This document shows positions 29,112 to 42,082 of a DNA stretch of 64,000 nt, in pieces. The notes beneath the pieces are model-generated. The model searched no databases. It was not told where the DNA came from and saw only the letters and a program-made list of their open reading frames with translations. The stretch's first letter is position 1. Every line of letters starts with the position of its first letter. The DNA lies in assembly GCA_951406725.2 (NCBI GenBank), contig OX597828.1:61070001-61134000 (forward strand), in the 5' to 3' direction. The stretch comes from Octopus vulgaris (lineage: Eukaryota). The translations under genes were made by a program, and so were the position numbers.

Positions 29112-30176
29112 ATGTCTTTTAACAGCATTTTCCCCTTCATTACAGAAAAGATTCCAGAAAAGGTACCCAAAAATATTCATAGTACAGAAAAGCTTCGTAG
29201 ACGGAATCTAATATTTGACGAGGAGCATTTTGAAGATGTTTTCCTGCGATGTCTTATATGCAGAGAAGTATTTAATGAATCAGAAAAACTGCCCAAGACG
29301 CTACCATGCCATCACTCGTTCTGTTTGCACTGTTTCTTGCAAATGTTCCGCGTTGAAGGAGAATATCGACAGTCACTGAGCTCGGCTTTCCGAAGTATGC
29401 CACGGGCTGTTAAAATCCAATGCCCCTCATGTCGAGATAGTATAATTGCTTCAGAAGATGACTTACGTCGATTACCGAACGATCACACTGTGCTAGAGTT
29501 GATTAACTTTGTACGGGAAACCGGCATCAACGATATATCATACTGTGCCAAACACCAACTGCAGCCTCTCAACTTCTTTTGTGAGCCGTGTGCGATCCCC
29601 GTGTGTTGTGACTGTACCGTCCTGGACCACAAAAACACAAACGGGCACAACGTAATGAACATAACGGAGGCCCTCAGTAAATACACACCAATTATCAATG
29701 ACACAATTACTGAAATGGAGAAAAGTAAGCAGGAATATCTCTTCAAAAGAGCCCAAATCGAGCAGTCAATGAAACATTTGAGCCAAATGGAAACACAGGT
29801 AACTGACGAAATTAAATTGACGTTTCAAAAGCTACGTCATATGATTGACGAAAGGGAGCGCGATATTTTGTCCATGTCCGAGCAGGAAATGAATCGGAAA
29901 CGTCAAAATCTCATGGACAATTTTAAGAAGATAATAGAGCGTGAAGAATGTATGATGGATCAAATGAAAGAGCTAGAAATAGCCAAAGAAGCAAATGACA
30001 TAAGTCAGATGTTTACGTCACATCAAGCAGCGCAAAACACTCTCTCAACTCCGCTTCAACTTCCGCACATCACAAACGATAACTTTGGAGTGTCGTTTCA
30101 CTTTGAAGCCTACAAACATCGACGAGTGATGCAGGATCTCCTGAACTTTGGACATTTAATGGTATTGTCCTCTTAA
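29112..30176 (+). CDS. TRIM/RBCC E3 ubiquitin ligase (RING + B-box 2 + coiled-coil, no C-terminal domain), paralog 1; probably a large terminal exon starting at 29146
   Basis: Intact 354-aa ORF. C3HC4 RING: CLIC...PKTLPCHHSFCLHC...CPSC. B-box: CAKHQLQPLNFFCEPCAIPVCCDCTVLDH. Then an E/K/Q-rich helical region. The pyrimidine tract plus CAG (ttttccccttcattacag, AG at 29144-29145) is a phase-1 acceptor, so ATG 29112 may be intronic. Confidence 0.92.
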   Translation: MSFNSIFPFITEKIPEKVPKNIHSTEKLRRRNLIFDEEHFEDVFLRCLICREVFNESEKLPKTLPCHHSFCLHCFLQMFRVEGEYRQSLSSAFRSMPRAVKIQCPSCRDSIIASEDDLRRLPNDHTVLELINFVRETGINDISYCAKHQLQPLNFFCEPCAIPVCCDCTVLDHKNTNGHNVMNITEALSKYTPIINDTITEMEKSKQEYLFKRAQIEQSMKHLSQMETQVTDEIKLTFQKLRHMIDERERDILSMSEQEMNRKRQNLMDNFKKIIEREECMMDQMKELEIAKEANDISQMFTSHQAAQNTLSTPLQLPHITNDNFGVSFHFEAYKHRRVMQDLLNFGHLMVLSS

Positions 30177-32131
30177 ATGATCTGCTCATTTCACTTCTGT
30201 ACGTTTATAGAACTAACGGCAAATTTATAATTTATTTTCTTTTAACTAATTACAAAAATGACTCACATATCTGTGTGTGTTTGTACATGTCTGTGGTGTG
30301 ACATTCTGGAGAAAGTAATTTATTGGTGCGAGATTGTAAAAATTAGTAATCACTGAACTTTAGAAATGGTCGTCACAGTTTAGTAGAATTTGTAACACGA
30401 CAGGAAATCATTTGTGACTGAGTGCAATCACTGATTCAACGTAATTAGCGATTAACTGTAATTGGCGAAGAGAGATGACAGATATTTTTGGAGAGAGAAA
30501 GTGAGAGAGAGAGAGAGAGAGAGAGTGATAGAGAGAGAGAGAAAGAGAGAAAGAAAGGAGGGAGGGAGGAAGGGAGTAAGAGAGAGAGAAAGAGTCATTG
30601 TGAGTATTGAAGTAAAATAATGTAAGTTTATAGCCTAAAAGGCAGAAAAAGCGTAGCAAACGAGAAGAATGTCCACTAAAACAATCCTCCTATTTCCTTT
30701 CCCCTTGTGAAAGTTTTCTGAGCTAGATCAAAATGAAATGAAAGATGGTTGTAAAATAAGAGCTGTGATTCGTTTGGATGGTTTAACTTTGAAGATGGTG
30801 CAAAGAAAAAATACGTTTGGTAATTTTCCTTTGTTTCTTGTAAGGAGTAAGAAACTGCCTGGTAGTACTGAACATAAAATTGAGCTTAAATGATTTCTAT
30901 CTGTAATTGTGTTAAAAGAAATACCGTATCAGTTTTAAATGTTTTTCTTCCACTTCTATCATTAAAGTCAGAGAAGTGTGTGTTCAGTAGTAATAGACAA
31001 TTTTTTTTTATCGTAATTTGCTTTAGATGTGGTATTTCTACAGTAAAAATATTTTCGATTATATTTAAACAAATTTATTGCTATTATCTAGCGATAAACT
31101 TGACTAAGCTGAAGATAGAAAAGTGTATAAAACAAAAGAAAGTGGATATGAAAGTGGTCTTTAACTCACTGGGGAAGACTGTTACTGAATGTAATGAATG
31201 GAATATTTTGATGAATGCTTTCTGTTTTGTTTGTGTCGGATATTATCTGCATAAAAAGGAAGCAGAAACATGAAACAACACGGAAACCCCCGACTGAAAA
31301 AGAGCAGTTGCACAGTGTCTTTTTTTTTGTTTTTGCAGTAGACTCTTGTAGCTTTTCTCATTTAAACTCGAAGTTTACAAGAGGCAGAGTCGAACAACTC
31401 AGGAACAAATGTCATAGACCGAATCGGATCTAAGATCTACCCACACAGTTTTGAAGAAAAATGCGCACTTTCTACTCCCAAAACTGACACTTATATTTTA
31501 ATTTTATTTCTTTTTTATACGGGGGACCGAAGTCTAAAAATGGCAACAACTACAAATTCAACGTATCCCGCATCCTTATGTGAATAAACAAATAAGTAAG
31601 CGAGGGGACGAGTAAAGCAAGCGTTATATATGATAAAGAATTTATTGAGCCAAGACAATCATGTTTTTCTTCCTGCAATTAAACCACACTTTGTCTAGTT
31701 CCTATTCTCAAACGCGAAACTTCAAAACAATATTATTTATCCATCTGTATATCTCTTGAATAATTTTTTTCTCAACGGAAATTTTCTCAAAGAGTATGCA
31801 TTTACACTTTTAATGCAGATCTCTTGGCATGAATCCGCTGTTACTTTTCCTCCCCATTGTATTCTTTCTTTTTATTTCGATCCCATTCTATCCCTCATCC
31901 TAAAAGTCAACTCTATACCAATCATCTGAGTAAAAACTACATCCTCCTGATGAGAACTTCTAACTGAAAACTGATATTAAACATTTCAAGCCATTTGAAT
32001 TGTTGTCTTTATTTCATTTCCATTTTATTTGAATTGTTGTTTTACATAATATTAAACGTATGTAAATTGACTGATGTATCAACTACATCTTAAGAGGTTT
32101 ATTAATTTGTCTGTTGTATGAATGTATATGT

Positions 32132-32214
<83 letters not shown>

Positions 32215-32721
32215 GTTTGGGTGATATGTGTATCACTAGATACACTTGAAAATTTAGCAGGATTAATGAAAAGTATCTAACCTAGATTTTGAGCGCATAC
32301 GTCAGTCTCAAAATATCTCATAATTGGATCAACGTTTGGAACATTAGTCAATGCACAATACCCATGCGATTACTTCCATAACTACACGAGATATTTGGTG
32401 ACATTCAAATATATATTTGAGAAAGATACCATGACATCCCGTGCAAGAAGATCAAGGCAAATAGTATTCTTCAAAACGTCATAGTGTACTTATATGTCTT
32501 AGAATGAAACTTAAAAACGATATTTCATATTTTTGATATTTTATGGCAGTCAGCAGAGTTAACTTTTTCCTAACAAGTGGGAGGAATTTGAAATCAATGA
32601 GACGCTTGCGAATTTTTTACTCTGTAGCAGCTATTTATAGTATATCTAAACAGTGTCCACAATACACGACCAGGCAGAAGATATGAATTGCCGACCTCGA
32701 ATAGTTATCCATTTTAAATTA

Positions 32722-33244
32722 CATGGAAAAATGCGAGCATGAAAAGTCATATTCTAAGATTATAAACCTGGAAAAGTACCGGACAAGTCATTACACCTGT
32801 AAAAATATAGAATAAGCTATTACCTCTAGTAAAGAATAAGATACTTTTTACTTAAAATATTGCAGCAAAGAATGCCAGTTCTTCTAATTTATCACACTTT
32901 ACATTTCTCATCTTTTAAATTTATTGTACAAAACTGTTCAGCTAATTTGTAAGTTTGCCTATTTAATCACTTTTCCTGTATTTAATGTAGTAAATTAGCC
33001 AAATTCTACTTAAATAAGTATAGTGTTATTTGTAAACAATTATAAAATAAGTTTTAATATTCAAATTTTAATTTTAGCTGCAATATTTTAAGTAACAAGT
33101 TTCTTATAGGATAAGCTATTACTTCTAATAAAGTATTAGAAGTAATAGCTTATCCTATACTTTTACGGGTGTAATAACTTGTCCTGTACTTTTCCAGATT
33201 TATAATCTTAAGAATATGACTTTTCATGCTCGCATTATCCCATG
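32722..33244. mobile_element. MITE-like / foldback element with about 110-bp terminal inverted repeats
   Basis: 32722-32830 is the imperfect reverse complement of 33135-33244. There is an internal perfect hairpin at 33112-33152. Confidence 0.65.
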
Positions 33245-33841
33245 CTATCCATGATTTTTCCAGGCATTGCTGTTATAAGATAATTAATAATGTGTCAATT
33301 AATAAGTTAAGATTTTACCTTATAAAATACTGAAAAATAATATTTCAATTTTTCCATGTAAGTGATGATAATATTTATATGCGAATACAACGACAGGTCA
33401 AGTGATGTTGTTTGCTTTGAACGGTTGTGTCCGGGCATAAAAAATTTGTTAAGTGCTGGCATTGTAAATAAAGTTGTTGCTTTATACACTTGTAATCTGC
33501 TTCTACACAGTGCTTTACTCATGTGTGATGAAACAAAAATATATGAAATGCGTAATCAGGAGAAAATTTAACGAGTGGACACTTTATAAGAACACATGAT
33601 TACTAACTCATTGTGTAACCTTTTCAAGCTGATTGAATAACCATTTCTCAAAATAACGGGATACTTTTGGATGAAAGGCAATTGATTGTAACGGAAAATT
33701 TTATAAACATTAAGGTGAGTCGAATAAAGATTAGAAAAAATAAAGTTAATCCAAACAAGAAAGCACAAAAAACACAACAACGTGAGGACGTGGAACAAAT
33801 ATAGTATTATTGGACGCTCAGGAAAGAAGGAAAGAAGGAGG

Positions 33842-33876
33842 GTTTAACGTTTCGAGCAGAGCTCTTCGTCGGAAAC
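33842..33876 (-). ncRNA. Minimal type I hammerhead motif (U4C variant)
   Basis: Minus strand: GUUU-CCGACGA-A-GAGC-ucu-GCUC-GAAAC-GUU-AAAC. Palindromic mini stem III (ACGU), as in PLE-type minimal hammerheads. Confidence 0.65.
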
Positions 33877-35320
33877 ATAGGAGAAGGAAAGATCCAGAGA
33901 AGGGAAGACAGAGGAAAAAATATCGCCAACGGTACGCACGAGGTCACATTTAGAAAAAATAAATTGGGTAACAAAAAATCGTAAGGACAGATGTAAAATT
34001 ATACAGTATAGACCTTATCAGAAATAAGATATTGCAAGGGGTTACAATAGAATGAACGCGGAAGTAAGAATTAAAAAAGTAAAATAAAAAAAAGGAGAAT
34101 GAGTACCACAGAAAAAATTTAAAAACAAAGCGTAACAAATAAATAAAAATGTGAATACTAAAAGAGTAGGGGAAGGGCGGCAATGAGAGAGAAGAGAGAA
34201 AATACAGTTATATTCATACACATGTACGTAAATATACATACACAGATGCGCGCGCACGCGACGCGCACGCACACACACACACAAACATACACACACAATA
34301 CACACACAATAATATTTCATATACATAGCTGTTCATTCATATATGTAAAAATGTCTTCAGAATTCTGTTAAAAATTCTGAAATATCTATGGTCACTTGAA
34401 AAATATCTAAATACTACCAAATTTAAAACTTCGTTTGTTGCCTTAGCCCTAACGCTTATGCTAAAGGATTGATAGAAGTACAAAACCTTTTTAGTTGCAG
34501 TTCTATGAGGACTTCAGGTGTTGTTTCAACTGGCGAAGATCTTCCCGGAGAATCCACTATTACTTAGTGCGCCGTTGTAACACGAGTAGTAATTGTTAAA
34601 TGTTGCCTCGCCCGATGAGGAAGAAACCCCGGTTTTGAAAAAATAGAGCCGATGATTGGAGCCCTTATTAATATAGAATAGCTTTTCATGTGTCGTTCGA
34701 TGTACTACCTTTAAGGTGGAATATTGCAAATATTAATTGATATCGAAGAAGTTGAAACTCAGTATTCCGTTATTTTGAAAACTAGTTGCCCAATCAGCTT
34801 TAAATGTTTATTCGATGGCTTGGTAATTATGAATCTGTATAAATACATGTAATCTATTGTTCTGAATACTCACGACTGTATGACGAACTTGAAACTATGA
34901 GTCATAGTTTGTGAAGTTTTTTCATCTGCAGTAAAATAGTATTTTACTCTACCTTAGGTATTCGAGGATTATATTCTCCACTTTGTTTTGTACCTTTATG
35001 CTTATACATGCATATATGCATGCATACATACATACATACATACATACATACGTACATGCATGCATGCATACATACATGCATGCATGCATACATACATGCA
35101 TGCATACATACATACATACATACATACATACATACATACATACATGCATACATACATACATATCGAAACTGCTAGAAATTTACTCACAAAAGCAAGTGCA
35201 CCAATTATATCCAGATTAAAAATGTAAATTTGTATATGAATATAGACGCTGGAGGTTTCGAAGCAGTTGTTCATACATATACTCTTTCTCTTTGATTATA
35301 TACATACATACACATACTGT

Positions 35321-35376
<56 letters not shown>

Positions 35377-35496
35377 TATGTATTCATGTTTGTATAAATA
35401 TATATTTACACATCTATGCATGTGTAAATATCCATATAAGCCTACGTATGTAGTACCTATGTATATGTAAATATTTATATGTATATCTATCTATCG

Positions 35497-35760
35497 ACCC
35501 ACCTACCTACCTACCTACCTACCTACCTACCTACCTACCTACCTACCTACCTACCTACCTACCTACCTACCTACCTACCTACCTACTTACCTACCTACCT
35601 ACCTACATACCTACCTACCTACCTACCTACCTACCTACCTACCTACCTACCTACCTACCTACCTACCTACCTACCTACCTACCTACCTACCTACCTACCT
35701 ACCTACCTACCTACCTACCTACCTACCTACCTACCCTACCTACCTACCTACCTACCTACA

Positions 35761-35790
<30 letters not shown>
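35497..35790. repeat. (CTAC)n / (CATA)n microsatellite
   Basis: Read directly from the sequence. Confidence 0.95.
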
Positions 35791-35792
<2 letters not shown>

Positions 35793-35829
35793 CACACACA
35801 TAAATGTTAAATGTTGTTATACGGCTATG

Positions 35830-37200
35830 AAAAGTGGCTCACAACGTGTTCGCAGTGCCAGTACTCATACCAACATTTGAGCTGTTTGATTGGACGCTTG
35901 ACGAAATCCCAACCATTGATGTGAAGACCCGAAAAATACTAACAAGCACACATAATTTCCACATAAACAGTGATGTTGACCGCCTCATCCTAAATCGAAA
36001 ACAAGGGGACAGAGGCTTAACATCGATTCAAAATGCCTTTGAATGTCGTATCATATCCCTTCGGCAACATCTTTCAACCACTAAGTGTCGAAGTAAATCC
36101 CTTGACCAAGTTTGCATACATAAAGCTGACAACATATGACTTGGAAGGCAGCTCCTTGTGCAGCATACCTTGTCTGATAACCTAGAATACATGCTCAAAG
36201 AAGTCACACGATTCTACCGCAACGTATCATCAGATGAAAAGAGATGAGCACATATGCACAGAAGACAATGCATAGATATGTTAGTAGAAAGCTCCGTGAT
36301 GATCGTAACATTGAGCACCAAAACAGTCTTTCATGGACCAATAACTGGATTACTACCTTCCACTTTGAAGGGTATGCGTTTGCAATCCAGGAACAAGAAA
36401 TATCAACAAAATACTTGATGCACAAAAGGGACGTAGTTGGAGGAAAAGCCGTAAAATGTGACAACCGATGCAGACTTTGTGGAGATAACACCGACGATAC
36501 CACCTCATAGGCAGTTGTCCGAAAATGTCTTCACGGTGTTATCTATCGATAGGACATGATGTTGTAGCTAGGAAACTCTATAATGAAATCCGTCGGAAGA
36601 ATAACGTCGAGGACAAAGAAATAAGAACCCACAGCAAGGTAGAATGTCCCAGTGAAAATCTCGATAAAATGTAAGCCCTACAAACCTGATATAATAATTT
36701 GGGACAGGAGAGAAACTGTGTACAGTTGTGGAAATTAGATGCCCAGCGGATGTTACGATAAAATTGAAGATCAGTGAAAAAGAGAGTACCTACGCTGAAC
36801 TATTGAGAAATCTGCAGTTACTATATCCAGATTACAGGTTCAGGTTTATACCTGTAATTATTGGGGCACTGGGATATGTAACAAACTGCGTAAATACCAA
36901 TCTTGAGAAATTAGGCTTCTCAAAACCAGAAAGGAGAAAACTGATTTGAAGACTACATATCCAATGCATCACTGGAATTGTAAAAATCTGTAAAACTTTC
37001 CAGAAGTTTATCATTTAAGTATATATGAGCATGTCTTGATATACAAGTATATGCAGGAGAAGACATACATAAAAGAAATCATATAAATCTGCACGTATAT
37101 ATACATACATACAAAAATACCCTGTTGATGTTGAAATTCCAATGAAGGATCTTGGATCTAGGTTAGAATCCGGCTCTTTCTCTATTGGTAAGGAATCTTG
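35830..37200 (+). mobile_element. R4/Dong-type non-LTR retrotransposon 3' fragment (zinc knuckle + restriction-like endonuclease) with 3' UTR
   Basis: HINSDVDRLILNRKQGDRGL, FAIQEQEISTK, CRLCG, KPDIIIWD, IPVIIGALG, across stops and frameshifts. Related short 3' pieces at about 37270-37430 (+) and about 35160-35260 (-). Confidence 0.85.
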
Positions 37201-37532
37201 AAATGAAACTGAAAAATGGCATGTATACAAACATACACACATACAGACAGACATGCAGACAGACATGGGCAACTGCTCATGATTAGTGCCCTTGGTTTTG
37301 TAAGTAAACTTCTGACAGTCTGGATAAGCATCGATTTTCAGAAAAAGAAATCCACTCGCACCTTACAAATACAATCTGTAAGTGGAACAGTAAAATTCTG
37401 CAAGACTTTTCTCAGGTCTGAAATGTAGCATTGCTTTCGTTATCTATATTCCAACGATAGAACTTTGTATCTTTGTTAGAAACTAACTTCTTTCTCAGTG
37501 GAAGAAGAATTTAAATAATTAAAAGCAGTATA

Positions 37533-37601
<69 letters not shown>

Positions 37602-37843
37602 TTGTTATCGCCATATTAATATGGCTGTCTTATAGATATAAGACTAAAAGCTGTCGCTGATTAGCTCCATGAGGCCATCGCTTTAAGATAGCTATAATTG
37701 TTATCGCCATACTAATATGGCAGTCTTATAGATATAAGACTAAAAGTATCTATAAGACTGCCATATTAATATGGCGATAACAATTAATTTCCAGTAACGC
37801 TGCCGTAATCTCTTTTAGAGAGACTTAGTAATTTTAATATTTC

Positions 37844-37900
<57 letters not shown>

Positions 37901-37948
37901 TATATCTATATATCTATATCTATATATATATATATATATATATGAATG

Positions 37949-38007
<59 letters not shown>

Positions 38008-38064
38008 ATGTATATGCGTGTGTGTGAGTATGTGTGTGTCTGTGTGTGTGTGTGTATGTGCTGT

Positions 38065-38290
38065 GACACCTTGGGCAAATGTCGTCTATTATAGCCTCGG
38101 ACTAACCAAAGCTTTGTGAATGGATTTGATCGACGAAAACTGAAAGAAGCCCATCGTATACTCACTCGCGCACGCAAGCACACACGCAATTCCCACATAT
38201 CTGTGTCAGTTTGACTTTGTGTCTCTGTTTGACCTCCACCACCACTTGAGACCGATACAATAGGCTTAAAGAACAACTACTGGGGTCGAT
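38065..38290 (+). mobile_element. SINE family A, partial with internal deletions
   Basis: CACCTTGGGCAAATGTC...GAAAGAAGCCCATCGTATA...TACTGGGGTCGAT. Confidence 0.75.
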
Positions 38291-39078
38291 CCGTAGGGGT
38301 GTCGAAAAGTACGCACACCGTTGCGTACTTTGCACCCTTACGGATGAACCTATAAGTTGGCTCAAGTTCCGCCAACTCTTCTTCAATTTCACTCTGAGGG
38401 AATACACAGATGGTGTCGCGGTCCTTGAAATAGGTCCGCAACAACACCGTTCTCTTATCATAGTTTTTTAACCACTCCTTTGGGGCCACAATTCGCCACT
38501 CCAAGGCTTTCTTACATTTGGTTGCCATTAATAAAATAACTAAAATATAAAAGTCCACAACAAAATCAAAAATGTTCAAATAAAAGTCTCAAATGCAAAC
38601 ACAAAAAAGAGCAGAAAGACAGACATGAGAAAAGGAACGAAGGAAGACAATTCAAATGACAACAAAATTCAACTCTGGTAATCCTTTGTAGCACGGTTAA
38701 AAATCTTTTGCAGCACAAAAATAGAAAAAAATTTCTGGTTGTACTCCAAATGGTAAAATTCTGGTTGCACTCCAATTGGTAAAATCCACGAAGTGTACAC
38801 AGTCACATAAAATCATAAATTTTCGGAAGGACACACCTCCCGAAAACACACACAATTCTCACTAAAAAGTGAATCTTTTAGTACGACCACTGGCAAGCAA
38901 ATGGCTCGAACACAGTGGAGCCCCTTGTTCGAAAAAAATAATAGCCATACGGACAACGGACTTCACTAAGCTCCCCCGAAAAAACAATTGCTTTACCTGT
39001 GGTCATGCTTCAAATGTTCAATTTTTCACGTACGACGTGACTTTCACCGCAACGAAAAACAACGCGACAACTTGGTAG
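38290..39078 (-). mobile_element. 5' fragment (5' UTR + ORF1 N-terminus) of a distantly related ORF1 retroelement
   Basis: RTVLLRTYFKDRDTICVFPQSEIEEELAELEPTYRFIRKGAKYATVCVLF aligns without gaps to the unit-3 segment KTIVYRTL...KRGRKFGTVEVQF. Bounded on both sides by SINE pieces. Confidence 0.6.
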
Positions 39079-39529
39079 CGGTAAGCAAGCTACTTACCAC
39101 ACAGCCACTGCTGCACCTATGTGTATATAAATTTTTAAAAAAACAGCTAGCTGCAATGTTATACCCTAAAAGAGAATTATAGTAATCAACTTAATGTGAC
39201 TAAGGGTGTCATAACACCTACATTGCCAGAAATAAGAACTAAAATGCTCATTTACTGTTATAAAGCACATAGCATATATTCTGGTAGGGGCTGCAATCGC
39301 CCCGAGCACCGAAACGAGAATTCCCTTGACTGACTTGTCAGTTTCGTTTATTTCTGTAGCCATCGTTAGTAAAACCAGCTCGTTCGGCAGATTCCGGTTT
39401 ACATCACCTATCAGAATATATATATTTACCATAAAAATTTATGGATGATTTAGCAGATTGCTAATGTGTATACAAAATTTAATAAAAACTGCTAGTTGCA
39501 CTGTTATAACATGAAGGAGAATTATATAT

Positions 39530-39690
39530 AATGGCTGTGTGGTAAGAAGCTTGCTTCCCAATTACATAGTTCCTGGTTCAATCCCACTGCGTAGCAACTT
39601 GGACAAGTGTCTTCAACTATAGCCTCGGGCCGACCAAAGCCTTGTGAGAGGATTTGGTAGACAGGAACTAAAAGAAGTCCTAAATATACG
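39530..39690 (+). mobile_element. SINE family A, 5' half
   Basis: TGGCTGTGTGGTAAGAAGCTTGCTTCCCAA...GGATTTGGTAGACAGGAACT. Confidence 0.85.
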
Positions 39691-39786
39691 TCAAGCGATG
39701 TTGGGAGACAAACATAGACACGCAAACACACACATACACACATACATACATACATACATACATACATACATACATACATACATACA

Positions 39787-39859
<73 letters not shown>

Positions 39860-40015
39860 GACGGGCTTCTTTCAGTTTCCGTTTACCGAATCCACTCACA
39901 AGGCTTTGATCGTTCCGAGGCTATATATAAGTCTTTGCACAAGGTGCCACGCAGTGGGACTGAACCCTGGGACCATGTGATTGGTAAGCAAGCTACTTAC
40001 CACACAGCCACTCCA
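39691..40015 (-). mobile_element. SINE family A copy with an expanded internal microsatellite
   Basis: Head at 39858-40015 and start of the tail at 39691-39725, both on the minus strand. Confidence 0.85.
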
Positions 40016-40149
40016 TATCACACACTGATTTCATAAATGGTAAAAATAATTTTCACTTTTACCATTTATGAAATAAGCCTGCGATTTCTACTGTAATTCC
40101 TTTAAACTGATAACGTGATCCAGCTTAACCCGGGTGAGAGCCGGGTAAG

Positions 40150-40197
40150 AGCCACTGACGAGCATTAATCAAATGCAAAATCACTGGTGATCTGGCT
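40150..40197 (+). ncRNA. Type I hammerhead motif with a G12A core change (probably inactive)
   Basis: AGCCA-CUGACGA-GCAUU-aauca-AAUGC-AAA-AUCA-cugg-UGAU-C-UGGCU. All three stems pair, but GAAA reads AAAA. Confidence 0.7.
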
Positions 40198-42082
40198 ATG
40201 CCCTGGAAGCTGTACAGAGTCAGCTTCGCTTGTCAGTCACAGAATAAGTGCTTTCTCGTGGCTATGAGTTGTTTTGATTATATATATATATATATATATA
40301 TATATTCTTTCACATACACACACATCCATAGATATGCATATGTACACATGCACGCACTATGCGTGTGTGTAGCATTATGATTTTGTAATTGCTGAAATAA
40401 TATATCTACTCGAACAGAGCTATGCAACATTGGTCATGCACTTGCAATATGCCTTACATTTGGTGTCGTCACATTGTACTCTTTACTATAAAAGTGTTCG
40501 TCGGTCTTGTGGGTCACAATGAAGTGTTTAGAGAATGTATGCGTGTAATTTGCTTGCGCATTTATGTGTCACTGAATATGTATGTGTATGTTTTAAGTAG
40601 AGGTGAAAAGATCACAGGTAAATTGGGTATCGTGGTTAGTTGTGTGACAACGATAGAGCATTTGAGAAAATTGCTTGGCAGTCAATCTGATGCTTTTAAC
40701 CGAACATTGTCTATAACTTTTAGCTGACCTTGCTCTGACTATTTACCTCACTTAATTAACGATTTCGTTTAACTTTTTCCTTTATCTGAAACTAGTGCCA
40801 AATTGTCCTTGAATAAAAAAAAATACCCAAAACAACAAAATAGGAGAGAGCTAGTGTAGGAGACGAAAATGATGATAAAATAAAAGACGGACAGGGGGAG
40901 AGACGGAAGGGAGGGAAAGAAAGGGAAGGAGAGAAAGGGAAGGAGAGAGAATGAAAGAATGAGCAGGAGGATTAAAAATGAAAAAAGCTTTGCATTTTAT
41001 GTTCGTTAATGATCGTCTGTTTTTCAAGGTACGTCTTCGTTCTGCTATGACTTCTAATAACTAGAGGAATGAGTGTGAAAGAGAAAGAGAAGAAAGGAGA
41101 GAGAGAGAGAGAGAGAGAGAAAGAAAGAGAGAGAGAGAGAGAACCACAAAAACATCAGCAAGATGGGATTATTTTTCCCAACAATTTGATTTTTTATTCG
41201 TCACTCTATCTTGGCTTTTTATTTCTATCACTCTTTCCTCATTCTCTCTCTCTCACTCCCGCCCCTTTCTCTCCTGTCTTTCTGCCTGCCTGTCTGCCTG
41301 CCTGCCTGCCTACCTGTCTCTCTGTTTGTCTGTCTGTCTCTCTCCCCCTCTCCCCCTCTCTCTCTGTAAGAAGTGCTCCGCCATCTGACCATGTCTTCAG
41401 GAACAGCACAAGAGATAATTGTAAATGCTGTTACACAAATCAATATGCAACAGGTATGGCCAAATCATTATTGCACTGCTCTGACCCAGGCGAGTTGATA
41501 GACATACTGGAAAATGAAAATAATTAAAAACAAAAGAAGATGGATTGCAAGTCATCATCCTTCACAAGGGCACAGATAAGCTTTTTAAAACACGAGAACT
41601 TGCTCTTTTCCGTTACTCTATTACAGAACTCACACGCACATACGTACAAATATATGAGCGCGCACACTCAAGTACAGACATGGGCATGCATGTACGCAGA
41701 TCCTAACACAGACCCACAAACATCACGTGAATCTGTCATAATTGCTTTGTTTAAATCAGTTTCTATCTGTTATTGCTCTCTCATCGGCACCATATCCAAT
41801 GCATCAACTATCAACTATATGCATATAACCCATTACTTATTTTTTCTATCTTCGATTGCATTATCTACATAGACGTATTCGTATACGAAACGTTGTATTT
41901 TGCAGTACTGGCTCTAAATTCTATAGAAAATCTATAGAGATAAACTTTAAAATGAGGACATCGCACTGCTAACACAAACGTAGGACACGCTACTGACTCG
42001 TAAACCTTGCAAAACGAAATACTGTGTCCTTGCTAGCAAATAATATTTACGTACCAGTGTATAATATGTATGCATGTGTGAA

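Noticed and set aside
41387-41452. ATG-started segment MSSGTAQEIIVNAVTQINMQQ ending in CAG|GTATGG as the first exon of TRIM paralog 2
   Set aside because: The donor is phase 0, which is incompatible with the phase-1 acceptor at 57149 unless another exon intervenes.
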